In this document: positions 1 through 9,649 of the stretch, in pieces
Layout of the letters: the number at the start of each line of letters is the position of its first letter
Position numbering within the stretch: the first letter of the stretch is position 1
IMG/VR virus record: IMGVR_UViG_3300013136_000003
Span: 23,382 to 87,381 of that record
Length of the DNA: 64,000 nt
Strand: one strand, 5' to 3'
Source of the DNA: a virus
Made by a program: the position numbers and the translations under genes
The notes under the pieces: generated by a model
What the model saw: the letters and a program-made list of their open reading frames with translations, nothing else
What the model was told of the DNA's origin: nothing
The model's database searches: none

Positions 1-651
1 GCAACTTTAAACTTCGCTCCACGTGAAAACGAAGTTTTCACCAGGGGCCGTCACCTCGAAATATCCTTTGCCATCAACGAATCCGGAAACCTCCAACTGA
101 AACTCAACGGAAAAGTGGTTGATGATCTAACGAAGGTTGACCTTACTCAAACTTTCATGATGGAACAGGTCGAGGCTAGAGCAAAACTAGTGAAACTGTT
201 CAATCACCTGGACGCTATCGTAAACTTGGAATTCGCAAAACGCCTCATAAACGAAAGGCTCGGTGCAGATTCGTACGTTTTCACTATCGGTGAAACTCAG
301 TACGTTTTCGAACGTCTGGGAAACACTAGAGTCATAAAGAAAATGCAAGGTTTAGCTTTCCACAATTACGTGATGGAAAATTTCCACTACGACGTTAGCG
401 AACTCTATTCGATCCAACTAACAGAAAGAGAAGACCGGGTAAAGAGAATCGACGAGGAAAAGAGCAAAATCGACAGAGACCTTGAAAAGTTGGAAAAATC
501 GGTCGACCAACTCACAGAAGCTCTCGGAGACAATTCTCTCACGAACGAGTACAGAACTCAGCTCGCAGATCTTAAAGAGTCCATTCAGAAAAACATTGTG
601 GCTCTAAAGAACCATTACATCGAGCTTGACCAGAGCAAAAAAAAAGCCTAA
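1..651 (+). CDS. C-terminal part of a large, probably virion/prohead protein (5'-truncated; possible -1 extension to 941)
   Basis: Frame is open from base 1; coiled-coil-like C-terminus; ends AGC AAA AAA AAA GCC TAA with a start-less -1 frame continuing to 941. Confidence 0.6.
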   Translation, partial: ATLNFAPRENEVFTRGRHLEISFAINESGNLQLKLNGKVVDDLTKVDLTQTFMMEQVEARAKLVKLFNHLDAIVNLEFAKRLINERLGADSYVFTIGETQYVFERLGNTRVIKKMQGLAFHNYVMENFHYDVSELYSIQLTEREDRVKRIDEEKSKIDRDLEKLEKSVDQLTEALGDNSLTNEYRTQLADLKESIQKNIVALKNHYIELDQSKKKA

Positions 652-971
652 ATGAAGCAGAGGACATAACTCTGGTTAATCCTCGAACTTCAAAGTACGG
701 CGCCGGTCAAAAGGTCGTCCTAAAAGACGACAAATCTGCTACCATTCTCGGAGTTGATCCAATCAACAACATTTACCAGCTAATGACTTTAGACAATAAG
801 TCGATTAGCGTGAAGGGCACCGAGATAAAGAAGTTGGAAAAGCCAAAGAACCAAGATTACCAACCATCTGGAATAGATCCGGAAGATCAAACTCAACTTA
901 ACATCAAGGATACGCCGTTCGACTTAGACCCAGAAAAGTAAACGTTGGTAAGTTAGTTCAAAAATAGGCTA

Positions 972-1376
972 ATGAGCCCATACCAACTCTTACAAGAAAT
1001 CTACTATCACAATCCTTGGAAATCAATGGTCTGCTGCATTCTCCTTAACCGGACGAAGCGCGCGCAGGTAGATAGAGTGCGTGAAGAGCTTTTTAGAACG
1101 TACGGTGATGCTCTTGATATGGCTGACGCTGACGCTGACCCTTTGGCCAAAATACTTCAGCCGCTTGGTTTTCAAAACAGACGAGCAAACACGCTCATCA
1201 AGTTCAGCGAGGACTGGGTTAGTAAGGATTGGACAGATCCCAAGGAACTTCACGGAATCGGTCAGTACGCGGCAGACTCGTACTATATTTTTTACAATAG
1301 CAAGCTTGACATAAATCCAAACGACGGGGTTTTAGTAAAATATCTAGAGTGGAAAAAAACCAACCTAAACGAATAA
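972..1376 (+). CDS. HhH-GPD family DNA glycosylase (MBD4-like)
   Basis: LLQE..YHNPWK..V.CILLN.T, L.PLGF...RA..L, HhH motif LHGIGQYAADSY. Confidence 0.85.
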   Translation: MSPYQLLQEIYYHNPWKSMVCCILLNRTKRAQVDRVREELFRTYGDALDMADADADPLAKILQPLGFQNRRANTLIKFSEDWVSKDWTDPKELHGIGQYAADSYYIFYNSKLDINPNDGVLVKYLEWKKTNLNE

Positions 1377-1381
1377 AGAAC

Positions 1382-2437
1382 ATGAAAACATTGTACGCAT
1401 ACTTCGGCGAATTTGGAATCTTCGATCAGAACATTCCAGGTCATTCCTTTTACCAGATCGGCTTGTTATCTTCAATCGCCGAAACGTACGACATCAAAAA
1501 GTTCGATGTTTACAATTATTTGGACGGAGATACAGTTGAACCTAACCTTGGGCCAAAATACCCAGACGGAAAAATAGGAGAACTAATGCAGTCCGTAACC
1601 GACCAGCTTGTCGATTCGTACAGAATACCATTGAACCACGTTATGAAGAACATAGCAAACGGAAAAGTGTACGATTACATCATCCTAAAAGCAAGGTTTA
1701 GAAACTTATCAACTCTTGCAAAAAAGATGGAAGATGCGAAACGGTTTGAGCTGATAATACAGTATGCGTTATCGACTGGGCATAAGCCTGAAAACATAAT
1801 AGTTCTCGATACAGACCTGTCAATGAGTCCAGGCGTGTCAAAACGACTAACTGATCTTAAGATTCAGGTGCTAGTTCCGTCAATTAATTTTCCAGGAATA
1901 GGCAGAGCTTTTTTGAAAGAGTGTTTGCAGATTCACAGAGAACGTTCGGTAAAAAAAGAACAATCTATCGTTTATCACGGAAACATTGATTTTTCCAACT
2001 ACAAGGAAGGCCATTCAAAGAATCCTATCGTTCATGAGATAATCGGAGCGGTGAATCACGAGTTCATGTTCGATCAGTCAGTGTTTCACATGTTCCTGTG
2101 TGCAAAAGATACCCAAGAACTCGTGGCTACCTTGACTGATATGCCAAGAGTTACGCTGGTTCCACGAAACGATAGAGCCTCCATCTGGAAGCACCTCAGT
2201 GAATCAATAGTTTCATTGACCGTTAGCAAGGATCTCTACTTGGAGCGCGGGTTCATTCCTGCAAGAGTTTATGAAGCGATCATTGCTGGTACAATCCCAG
2301 TTTCTTACAAAGCGGGTCAACACCCAGCTATGACATTTGAAACCAGTTCACAGTTTTACGAAATTTGCAAGTTCTTAGCTGAGTGTTCACCGGTTGATTA
2401 CTACAAGATCCTGGAAACTATCGCGAAAAAACTTTAA
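1382..2437 (+). CDS. Putative glycosyltransferase-like protein
   Basis: C-terminal 'IVYHGN...FIPARVYEAIIAGTIPV' resembles GT-B/phage glucosyltransferase C-domains; ATG at 1382 preferred. Confidence 0.45.
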   Translation: MKTLYAYFGEFGIFDQNIPGHSFYQIGLLSSIAETYDIKKFDVYNYLDGDTVEPNLGPKYPDGKIGELMQSVTDQLVDSYRIPLNHVMKNIANGKVYDYIILKARFRNLSTLAKKMEDAKRFELIIQYALSTGHKPENIIVLDTDLSMSPGVSKRLTDLKIQVLVPSINFPGIGRAFLKECLQIHRERSVKKEQSIVYHGNIDFSNYKEGHSKNPIVHEIIGAVNHEFMFDQSVFHMFLCAKDTQELVATLTDMPRVTLVPRNDRASIWKHLSESIVSLTVSKDLYLERGFIPARVYEAIIAGTIPVSYKAGQHPAMTFETSSQFYEICKFLAECSPVDYYKILETIAKKL

Positions 2438-2480
2438 ACCCAGGCTGCGCCTATAAATAATACAAATGACCCATTAGTAA

Positions 2481-4811
2481 ATGAATCACGTATTATCAGT
2501 AGGCGAATACCTCATACACGAAGATCCAAAGTTAAAGGTTCTAAGAGAAGCTCTCTTGAGCTTACCAGTTTACGAGAACATTGCTCCGCTTTCGATGCAG
2601 CCGTTTAGCTTGGCTCCAACCAGCGAGGATCGACTCATCTCTCACCAAATTTACCTGCTAGATCACTTTGACACTCTCGAACAGATAAACGTGAACGAAA
2701 ATCTACTTCTCGTTCATAATTACTCTCCGATTCTTTTAACCGAACTTGGAACGTACGAAAAATCTCTAACTTACTTAGAGTCTCTAAACGAAAGTTTTCT
2801 GTCCAAGTTGAAATCTGTTCTAAGCCTGATGACCGAGGGCGGTTCTGCTATCGGCATTTTCCAATTTGTGTTGGACCTTATCGGCATGATTCCCGCATCG
2901 TGGTTCGGCTTTCCGATCGACATAGCTGCTAACAGTCTAAACGGCATAATATACTTGATTCGTGAACAGTACTTGATGGCCATCATCAACTTCATTGCGA
3001 TGGTCGACATGACCAAAATATTTGCACCGTTAAAGTTTGGAATAAAGACCGTTGCAAAACCGGCAACTAAACTATTTTCAAAATTATTCTCAAAGGGATT
3101 AGGTAAAACAGAAGCTGCGGCATTCAAAGCATCCAGCGAAGCTGCCGCAAACCCAGGAATAGTTAAAATGCTAGGTCAAGCTCTAGGAAAAGTAGTAAAG
3201 TGGTTATCTGAAACAGGCATAAAATTATTAAAGAGCATAGTTCCAACAATCGTTAAGGCCGTAGATAAACTAACGTTCGGAGCATTCAAATTGGATAGGT
3301 ACATTCCAAAGATGACAGCTGCGTTCGACACGCAGATCGCAAAGCTTAACACTTTCGCTAAGGAAGCAGATGATGCTAGCAAGATTTTACTATCAGACGC
3401 GACTGCCAAAAAAGCAGCGTCAACGCTTGGAGATGCATCAGTCGCCGCAAAGAAAGCAGAAAAGCCTCTAAACATAGGAGCGGAAAGAGCTGTAAGAACT
3501 GGAGCAGAACAGTCGATGTACAAAACAGCAAAAGGCGGAAAGATCGGCGGGTTCAGCTCGGACATATTAGCAAAGTCCGAAGCTAAATTCACCAAACTTT
3601 TCCCTGGCGTAACCAATCCAGCCGTGAAGAAGAATTTCATGTACAACGATGCAACTAAACAGTTGGTAGAAAACATTTTGAGCAAGCAGAGCGGATTGAT
3701 TTCGATGACAAAAAACAAGAAGATCATGGCAGCTCTGTCCACTGGAAAGACCTGGAAAGGTGCTGATAGAATGCTAGCTAGCGCTATACGAAAGGGCGAT
3801 CCTACTGAGCTTGGAAACGTGATGCAGAAGATGTTAGACGATCCAGAATTCTTCGCTTTGATCAAGAAAACATCGCCCGACGTTGTCAAAACCATGTCAC
3901 TGTTCAGAAACGCGCCAGAAGCTCTGATAAACGGTTCGAAAAAATTCTCGGATTTTGGAAAGGTCGCTGTAAAAAGCGCGTTTAACTATCGAAAATTCAC
4001 TCTTCAGCTATTACCTATCTTCTTATTAAAGGTTGCTCTTAAAGGAACTGAGTGCGGACGATACATAACTCGAGCAAAGTCAGCAGAAGAAGTAGCAGAC
4101 TTGGCTAAGGGTGCAGCGATCCAGACCATTACTCCTGACATGGCAGCTGTGGACGAAATTCTTTCCAGAGTTTACGAACAAACGGAAGAAGAACTGCTTC
4201 AACTGTCTCAGCAGGAATTGGACAACCTTCGTTCTGAAAATCCGCAGGCTTACACGGAATTCGTAAAAACGCAGACCGAAACAGACCAAAAGATAGAAGA
4301 ACTCAAGCAGAAAACCGATTCAGCCAATCCGTGCTACGAAAAAACGGCAATAGCTCAAGCTGAGGTAGGAGCAATTCTCGATACTAACAACAAAGCTTGG
4401 AAGCAAGGTCAAGTAGCAGTTGACCTAACCAGCCCAGAAGAATTCGATGCTTCGAACTTGAACAATTATTCTAAGGGTGTACTAAGCATGCTAAAGCAGG
4501 ACACCAACATAGACGTTCAGCACCCGTTGGCAGATCAGAACCCAGTAGTTCAAGCTTACTTTTCCGACGTGGTCAAATCCAACGGAGAGATCTCGTACAA
4601 CGAGAGCGATGAATCTAGGCTAGAAGAGATGCTTAACACGTTAGTCAAGCAAGGAAAAATGACGTTAGCCGAAAAAGAAGACAACAGAAAACGAATCATG
4701 GACTCTTGGAAAACTAACACTGTACCGCCTGAGGTGATAAACGCGGCTGAAGAGACCCCAAATCCGAACGAATCGGTATTTAAGGTAGGAAAATTTATCA
4801 CAGTACGATGA
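2481..4811 (+). CDS. Large virion-type protein with pre-toxin-TG-like segment
   Basis: TATAAATA upstream (~2453); N-terminal tag MNHVLSVGEYLIHE; 'LDLIGMIP...IDIAANSLNGIIY' segment. Confidence 0.55.
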   Translation: MNHVLSVGEYLIHEDPKLKVLREALLSLPVYENIAPLSMQPFSLAPTSEDRLISHQIYLLDHFDTLEQINVNENLLLVHNYSPILLTELGTYEKSLTYLESLNESFLSKLKSVLSLMTEGGSAIGIFQFVLDLIGMIPASWFGFPIDIAANSLNGIIYLIREQYLMAIINFIAMVDMTKIFAPLKFGIKTVAKPATKLFSKLFSKGLGKTEAAAFKASSEAAANPGIVKMLGQALGKVVKWLSETGIKLLKSIVPTIVKAVDKLTFGAFKLDRYIPKMTAAFDTQIAKLNTFAKEADDASKILLSDATAKKAASTLGDASVAAKKAEKPLNIGAERAVRTGAEQSMYKTAKGGKIGGFSSDILAKSEAKFTKLFPGVTNPAVKKNFMYNDATKQLVENILSKQSGLISMTKNKKIMAALSTGKTWKGADRMLASAIRKGDPTELGNVMQKMLDDPEFFALIKKTSPDVVKTMSLFRNAPEALINGSKKFSDFGKVAVKSAFNYRKFTLQLLPIFLLKVALKGTECGRYITRAKSAEEVADLAKGAAIQTITPDMAAVDEILSRVYEQTEEELLQLSQQELDNLRSENPQAYTEFVKTQTETDQKIEELKQKTDSANPCYEKTAIAQAEVGAILDTNNKAWKQGQVAVDLTSPEEFDASNLNNYSKGVLSMLKQDTNIDVQHPLADQNPVVQAYFSDVVKSNGEISYNESDESRLEEMLNTLVKQGKMTLAEKEDNRKRIMDSWKTNTVPPEVINAAEETPNPNESVFKVGKFITVR

Positions 4812-5542
4812 AATTAAAAACGTTCGACACGTTTCAACCGAGCGTTGAAACATACGCAAAGAAAGTAGGTTTGGTCGGAGAAAACGAGATGAGAGATCTC
4901 TTCGGAGATAGAACATCTGACGTTGTGATAAAGATCTCACCTAACGCTTTTTCAACGTACCAGGTGTTTAGTAGACTACCTGGTGCAAATTTTATCCCTA
5001 AGTACGTTTCTAATCGGTTGCACGCAACTAGGTTAAAAACGCCGGTAACAGTCATCTCTCCGCTTTCAGAAATAAGAACTTACACGACCTATCGAAAACT
5101 CAGGTCAGACGAACTCTTAAAGAACTCTATCTACTTCCACACTCCCAAGGTACTGGAACAATTCCAGATCACAGCACACGAAGGAAAGATAGTAGGACTT
5201 CGCCAGATAATCGATCGTCAGCCAGTTCACATAAACTCTAATCGCTTTCCGACGACAGCTAGACTTCAGGAAATATCTGAATCTTTATACGAAGCTCTAA
5301 AAACTGATCTAATGAGGTTCAGAGTCGGAATGACTAAAAACGGACCGGTCCTTTTGGCTATGGAAGATTTCAAACTCCAAGCTCCTGAGATGGCAAAAAT
5401 CTACGTGAACGTTTACGAAAATTTTGTTGGTCACATGCCTGAGTGGTTCAAACACCACATTGAGAGTAGCACGGTCATGCCTTTCCTGAGCGAGTACATA
5501 AACCGGGAAGAAATGAGCAAAAAATGTCCCTACTTGCTCTAA
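4808..5542 (+). CDS. Hypothetical protein, possibly degenerate ATP-grasp fold, with N-terminal tag
   Basis: ATGA overlap with upstream gene; MKLKTFDTF; ATP-grasp-like C-terminal pattern (weak). Confidence 0.4.
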   Translation: MKLKTFDTFQPSVETYAKKVGLVGENEMRDLFGDRTSDVVIKISPNAFSTYQVFSRLPGANFIPKYVSNRLHATRLKTPVTVISPLSEIRTYTTYRKLRSDELLKNSIYFHTPKVLEQFQITAHEGKIVGLRQIIDRQPVHINSNRFPTTARLQEISESLYEALKTDLMRFRVGMTKNGPVLLAMEDFKLQAPEMAKIYVNVYENFVGHMPEWFKHHIESSTVMPFLSEYINREEMSKKCPYLL

Positions 5543-5599
5543 TTCTAAAACTTTTTGCTTGGTTTTAAGTACAATTTCATAAATTACAAAACCAAGACA

Positions 5600-6250
5600 A
5601 TGGACGAAAAGCTTGTTACAGATCAGCTGCCTACTGAAAACAGCGAGGCAATCGAAACTCAACTTCCTGTAGTTGATTCAAACGAAGAAACCATTTCACC
5701 AGAAGTTACCGAAGAAACGGCGACTGACGAAGTTACCTGTGATCTGGAAATATCTGACCCAACCGCAGAAGGTCAGCCCGACCAGGAGGAACAACCGGAA
5801 CCTCAAGAAGAACTCACAGAACTCGAAAAACTAACGCAGAGGAGAACTGGCTTTTGGCAAGTAAATCTCCAGGAGCCGGACGTTAAGTGGATCAAAAATT
5901 CATGCAACGGAAAGTTCGAATTTACCGGTCCAAACGAAGCTTTCATGCTCATGAACTGCTTCCTTGGTTTTTCCAGCGCTCACACTAGAATGGCTCCAGC
6001 AAACGGTGAAGAAAGCCAGCCTTGCGTGGTCCAAGCGTCCGCTATCGAAGCATGCGGTTATTTCATGAACCGCGTTTCTGGAAATAACATGGAAGCAGCA
6101 CAACGCGCTTTCAGAATCGCAATGGCGCTCAACCCAATCATCATGGAAATGAGAAACCTTGACACAAAGATCCAGGAGCTTCACGCTATCGAAGAAGAAC
6201 AGAAGAAAGCAGAACCTGCACCGACCGAACTTCAGGAACCAGCAGAGTAA
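5600..6250 (+). CDS. Hypothetical acidic protein
   Basis: ORF after AAAC-N17-GTACAAT motif; acidic N-terminus. Confidence 0.7.
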   Translation: MDEKLVTDQLPTENSEAIETQLPVVDSNEETISPEVTEETATDEVTCDLEISDPTAEGQPDQEEQPEPQEELTELEKLTQRRTGFWQVNLQEPDVKWIKNSCNGKFEFTGPNEAFMLMNCFLGFSSAHTRMAPANGEESQPCVVQASAIEACGYFMNRVSGNNMEAAQRAFRIAMALNPIIMEMRNLDTKIQELHAIEEEQKKAEPAPTELQEPAE

Positions 6251-6259
6251 GGAGGGTAT

Positions 6260-6485
6260 CATGGGATTGAACAAGCGGTACTACTGCATGAAACACGTGT
6301 CCGACCACGCAAAACAGTCGGACTTTCAATCCTTTAACCTCTACATGACTTTCAGCGATGTTCACCTTTACCTGGACGAAGATTGCAAAAAAGTTCACGA
6401 AGAATACTCAAAGGCTGACATGGTTGAAAGGGAACGAATCTACGAACGAATTAAAAAATTCCAGCAGGTTGACCAGACCAGCTGA
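6260..6485 (+). CDS. Small hypothetical protein
   Basis: MGLNKRYY... follows previous stop, ends before terminator; start approximate. Confidence 0.5.
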
Positions 6486-6509
6486 AATAATCACGAATGA
6501 CGTATTCCA

Positions 6510-6540
6510 TAAAAAAGAGAGCCGATAAGCTCTCTTTTTT
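6510..6540. terminator. Bidirectional intrinsic terminator
   Basis: AAAAAAGAGAGC-CGATAA-GCTCTCTTTTTT between convergent genes. Confidence 0.85.
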
Positions 6541-7657
6541 ATTTGTGAGTTTCTAATAAGTACTTAGCGTACTCGACCGGCCGTTTTATAGCAGCTTCTC
6601 TAATGTCTGGCAGTATCTTAAACAAATTTCTTCCAGGAACGGAATTCACTTCTATCAGGTGAATCTTACCAGTCTGATCGATCAAAAAGTCCATTCCTAC
6701 TTCGCCTATTGGTCCGACTTTATTTTCAAGTATCGTAAACAATCTCTTAGCATAGGACCGTATCGATTCAGCAATAGGTCCTTTCATATCTTGGTTGAAC
6801 AGGGTTTCAAGTATCGAACTTAGTGGGGCTTTTCCTCCTCCCTGGTGCAAGTTTGCAGTTATCCGGTTCGGTGCAGCGGTTCTGGCAGCCATGCCAGTTC
6901 TAATAGGTTTTCCATCAGATCCTTTTTGGTAAATGACCCTAACGTCGAAGACAGAGTTCTGGTACTTCGGAAGAGCTATCTTTTCCTGAACGATGTATCG
7001 TCTTGAAAAGGTTCTCATTCTTTCGCGTATTGATTTTATTCGGTCTAACAGCTGATCTTCTGAACACACGATTGATTTATCCTCGTAAACCAATTCGTAA
7101 GATTTTCCGTTCTTGGTCACGCTTATTATTCCTTTTCCACCGGAACCGAACCGTGGTTTCAAGATTGCTTTAGGTCTCTGTTGAAGAAATGGGATCAAAC
7201 CCTCATCTGTGTATTTTTCTGTGTACGGAAGACCTAATTCTCCAAGGTCCTCGTTTACCAAGCTCTCGTAAGTTAGTTGTTTGTCCAAAGCTAACTTTCT
7301 AAAGTTCGCTGAGTTTAACGGAATGCAGCCTAATTCAGCCAAGTACTTTGTGCTGGATTTTCCTTCCATGTACTTTCTAACTCTAAAGCTGCGGTTGTAA
7401 AAAACCTTAGGAAGTCCGCGTTTTTCTGAGATCCACCGGCCGTCTCTAAACTTCCAACCTATCGTTCCGTTTTTTGAAAAATCCGTGAAAACAAAAGCAT
7501 CTAGACCGATCTTTTCGGCTTTTTCCAGCAATCTCTTGAAATAACCAGTCTGCTCTCCAAATTTTGAGCTTCTGCCCTTGTCCCCTAATATCCCAAAGGA
7601 TCGTTCGATTTGGGGTTGGTTAATGTACTGGTTGAATTCGAATACGTACTGGTTCAT
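6539..7657 (-). CDS. YheC/YheD-family ATP-grasp protein
   Basis: P.VFYNR, ILKPRFGSGGKGI, YIVQEKI, FDVRV..QK, ITANLHQGG, GEVGMDFLID..G.I.LIEVNS.PG. Confidence 0.85.
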   Translation of the reverse strand: MNQYVFEFNQYINQPQIERSFGILGDKGRSSKFGEQTGYFKRLLEKAEKIGLDAFVFTDFSKNGTIGWKFRDGRWISEKRGLPKVFYNRSFRVRKYMEGKSSTKYLAELGCIPLNSANFRKLALDKQLTYESLVNEDLGELGLPYTEKYTDEGLIPFLQQRPKAILKPRFGSGGKGIISVTKNGKSYELVYEDKSIVCSEDQLLDRIKSIRERMRTFSRRYIVQEKIALPKYQNSVFDVRVIYQKGSDGKPIRTGMAARTAAPNRITANLHQGGGKAPLSSILETLFNQDMKGPIAESIRSYAKRLFTILENKVGPIGEVGMDFLIDQTGKIHLIEVNSVPGRNLFKILPDIREAAIKRPVEYAKYLLETHK

Positions 7658-7735
7658 CTGATTTATTTATTCGAAAATACTGAGGTGAAACGCGTATGGC
7701 TAGGTGAATAAATAAATAACAAAGTCCAAAAATAC

Positions 7736-9568
7736 ATGACACACATGAACGATCTAAACATCAAGAGCTTTGACGAATTCGTAAAAACCGTGAACGAATC
7801 GGCAAACGAAACCGAAAAAGTAACGGAAAAGGAAGTTTGGAGACTTTCTGGAAAAAGAACGGATGCTGCTGGCGGTGAGGACGAGTACAGTAAGCTGACG
7901 ATAAAGGACGAAGGCAAAAAGATAAAAGTTGTCGTTTCCAAACCAGTCGCGCCTGATGAAAAGATACGATACGATTTTAAAGTGGTAACTTCCTCCCCTG
8001 ACGATCAAGTAGCAGAACAGGAAGCAATGAACCACATCGCTAACCTAATAGCTGACCAGGTAAATCAGAAAAAGATAACAGCTGACATGGTCGGTTTCAT
8101 AAACACCGAAAAGGCTCAAAGACGCGCTCTTGGCGATTACATAGTCGCTGGAGTTCTATCCTTTTACCCAGTCACCAAGTTTACCAATTTGGACAAAGTT
8201 ACGCCAGTCAATAAATTTCCGGTTCCGACTACTGAAGAAAAAACAGAAACTAACGTTCCTGTAACTAGCCGAGTGGTAGAAGCGGATAAATCGATTAATG
8301 AGGCGGCTGACGTTAAGATTTACAAATACGATCAAATGAAAGACCTTTTATCTTCTAGCGCTCAGCCAGGAATGAACATCGCTTCTGCCTCAGCTGTGTC
8401 AGGCGAAAAAGTAGAAGACCCAGGAACAGATAAATCTCAACCTGACGCTAGTACTACTCAAACTACTACAGTTGCCCCTACTCAAACGGCTGCCGAAGCT
8501 GAACCAACTGAAAGAGCTATATCTTTCGAGTATATTAGGAGTAGTATGACTGTCGATCCAAGAGTAAAAGAGCTCCAGTCACGGATTCTATCAAAGGGTG
8601 AAACTGATCCGAAGATTAAAGTAGCAGCAGATTTCATACGAGCAAAAGGCGGAGCCGACGGAAAATTCGGAGATGCAACAGGCCGAGCTATTTCACAGAT
8701 ATTGAAAGGAAACCCAGAACCACCAACTCTATACATTGATAATGTTACTTCAGATAGGTTGGTAACTGCTTTGCGCGGAACTATTTACAATAGAGAGCAG
8801 CAAACTCCGCAAACTACACAAGCGCCAGTCACGCAACCGAATACGCAGTCAGAGCAACCTGTTCAAACTGAACAGCCTCTAGCTACAACTCCGCCAGGCG
8901 GTGCAGTTCAAGTAAAGACTCCTGCCGGAAGCACATTTAACGTTCTTCTAGAGGCTAAAAAGTTCAACTATTTTAACTACGCTCGAACTGTCGAACTTCT
9001 AAAGTTTCGGCCAGTGAACGAAGGAAAGCTCGAACTTTTGAAATCCGGAGCACGCGGAGGTCAGTACAAATGGGCATGGGACACTTTGATGAATGGAATA
9101 GGTACTCAGATCGATAGTGGAGTAACTTACGGAGCGATAAACACCCAGCTCGTTCAGAACGATCCAAAATCGGTGGTCCAAGTACGATGGTCGATGGACG
9201 CTAGCAGAAACGTTTCGCTTTACGTAGTAGGAGAATTTACCAGAACGCAAGCCGACGATACAAAAGCTACTGAAATATGCGAACTTATAAAAGCGCAGTT
9301 TTCAAACGAAGTCTTTTGGAAACCGGCTAAAGGCTGGCCGAACGATAACGAACGTACCGCTCAGGAGCTGTACAACAATTGGTACACCAAAAACATTCTC
9401 CCAAGACTCAGGTCAATGAACCAAGCTGATCCGAACGTTGCAGCTATTAAAAACGCAGACGTCGACATCAGAAGAAGATTGTGGGGTAACACAGGAAACG
9501 ATACAGCTAGGTGGCAGATCGAAACTCTGGACGGGCCTATGAGTTATTCAGTTAACACAGACTTCTAA
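7736..9568 (+). CDS. Virion-type protein with peptidoglycan-binding-like segment and Q/T-rich linkers
   Basis: ATAAATA upstream; tag IKSFDEFVKTVNES; VKELQSRIL...ADGKFGDAT resembles PG_binding_1. Confidence 0.55.
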   Translation: MTHMNDLNIKSFDEFVKTVNESANETEKVTEKEVWRLSGKRTDAAGGEDEYSKLTIKDEGKKIKVVVSKPVAPDEKIRYDFKVVTSSPDDQVAEQEAMNHIANLIADQVNQKKITADMVGFINTEKAQRRALGDYIVAGVLSFYPVTKFTNLDKVTPVNKFPVPTTEEKTETNVPVTSRVVEADKSINEAADVKIYKYDQMKDLLSSSAQPGMNIASASAVSGEKVEDPGTDKSQPDASTTQTTTVAPTQTAAEAEPTERAISFEYIRSSMTVDPRVKELQSRILSKGETDPKIKVAADFIRAKGGADGKFGDATGRAISQILKGNPEPPTLYIDNVTSDRLVTALRGTIYNREQQTPQTTQAPVTQPNTQSEQPVQTEQPLATTPPGGAVQVKTPAGSTFNVLLEAKKFNYFNYARTVELLKFRPVNEGKLELLKSGARGGQYKWAWDTLMNGIGTQIDSGVTYGAINTQLVQNDPKSVVQVRWSMDASRNVSLYVVGEFTRTQADDTKATEICELIKAQFSNEVFWKPAKGWPNDNERTAQELYNNWYTKNILPRLRSMNQADPNVAAIKNADVDIRRRLWGNTGNDTARWQIETLDGPMSYSVNTDF

Positions 9569-9585
9569 TAGTTGCTAAATATTAC

Positions 9586-9614
9586 AAAAACCGCATCTTT
9601 GGTGCGGTTTTTTT
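9586..9614 (+). terminator. Intrinsic terminator
   Basis: AAAAACCGCA-TCTTTGG-TGCGGTTTTTTT. Confidence 0.8.
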
Positions 9615-9649
9615 ATGCCCAAAGAGTTGCTGGTTAGTATAATAACCGC

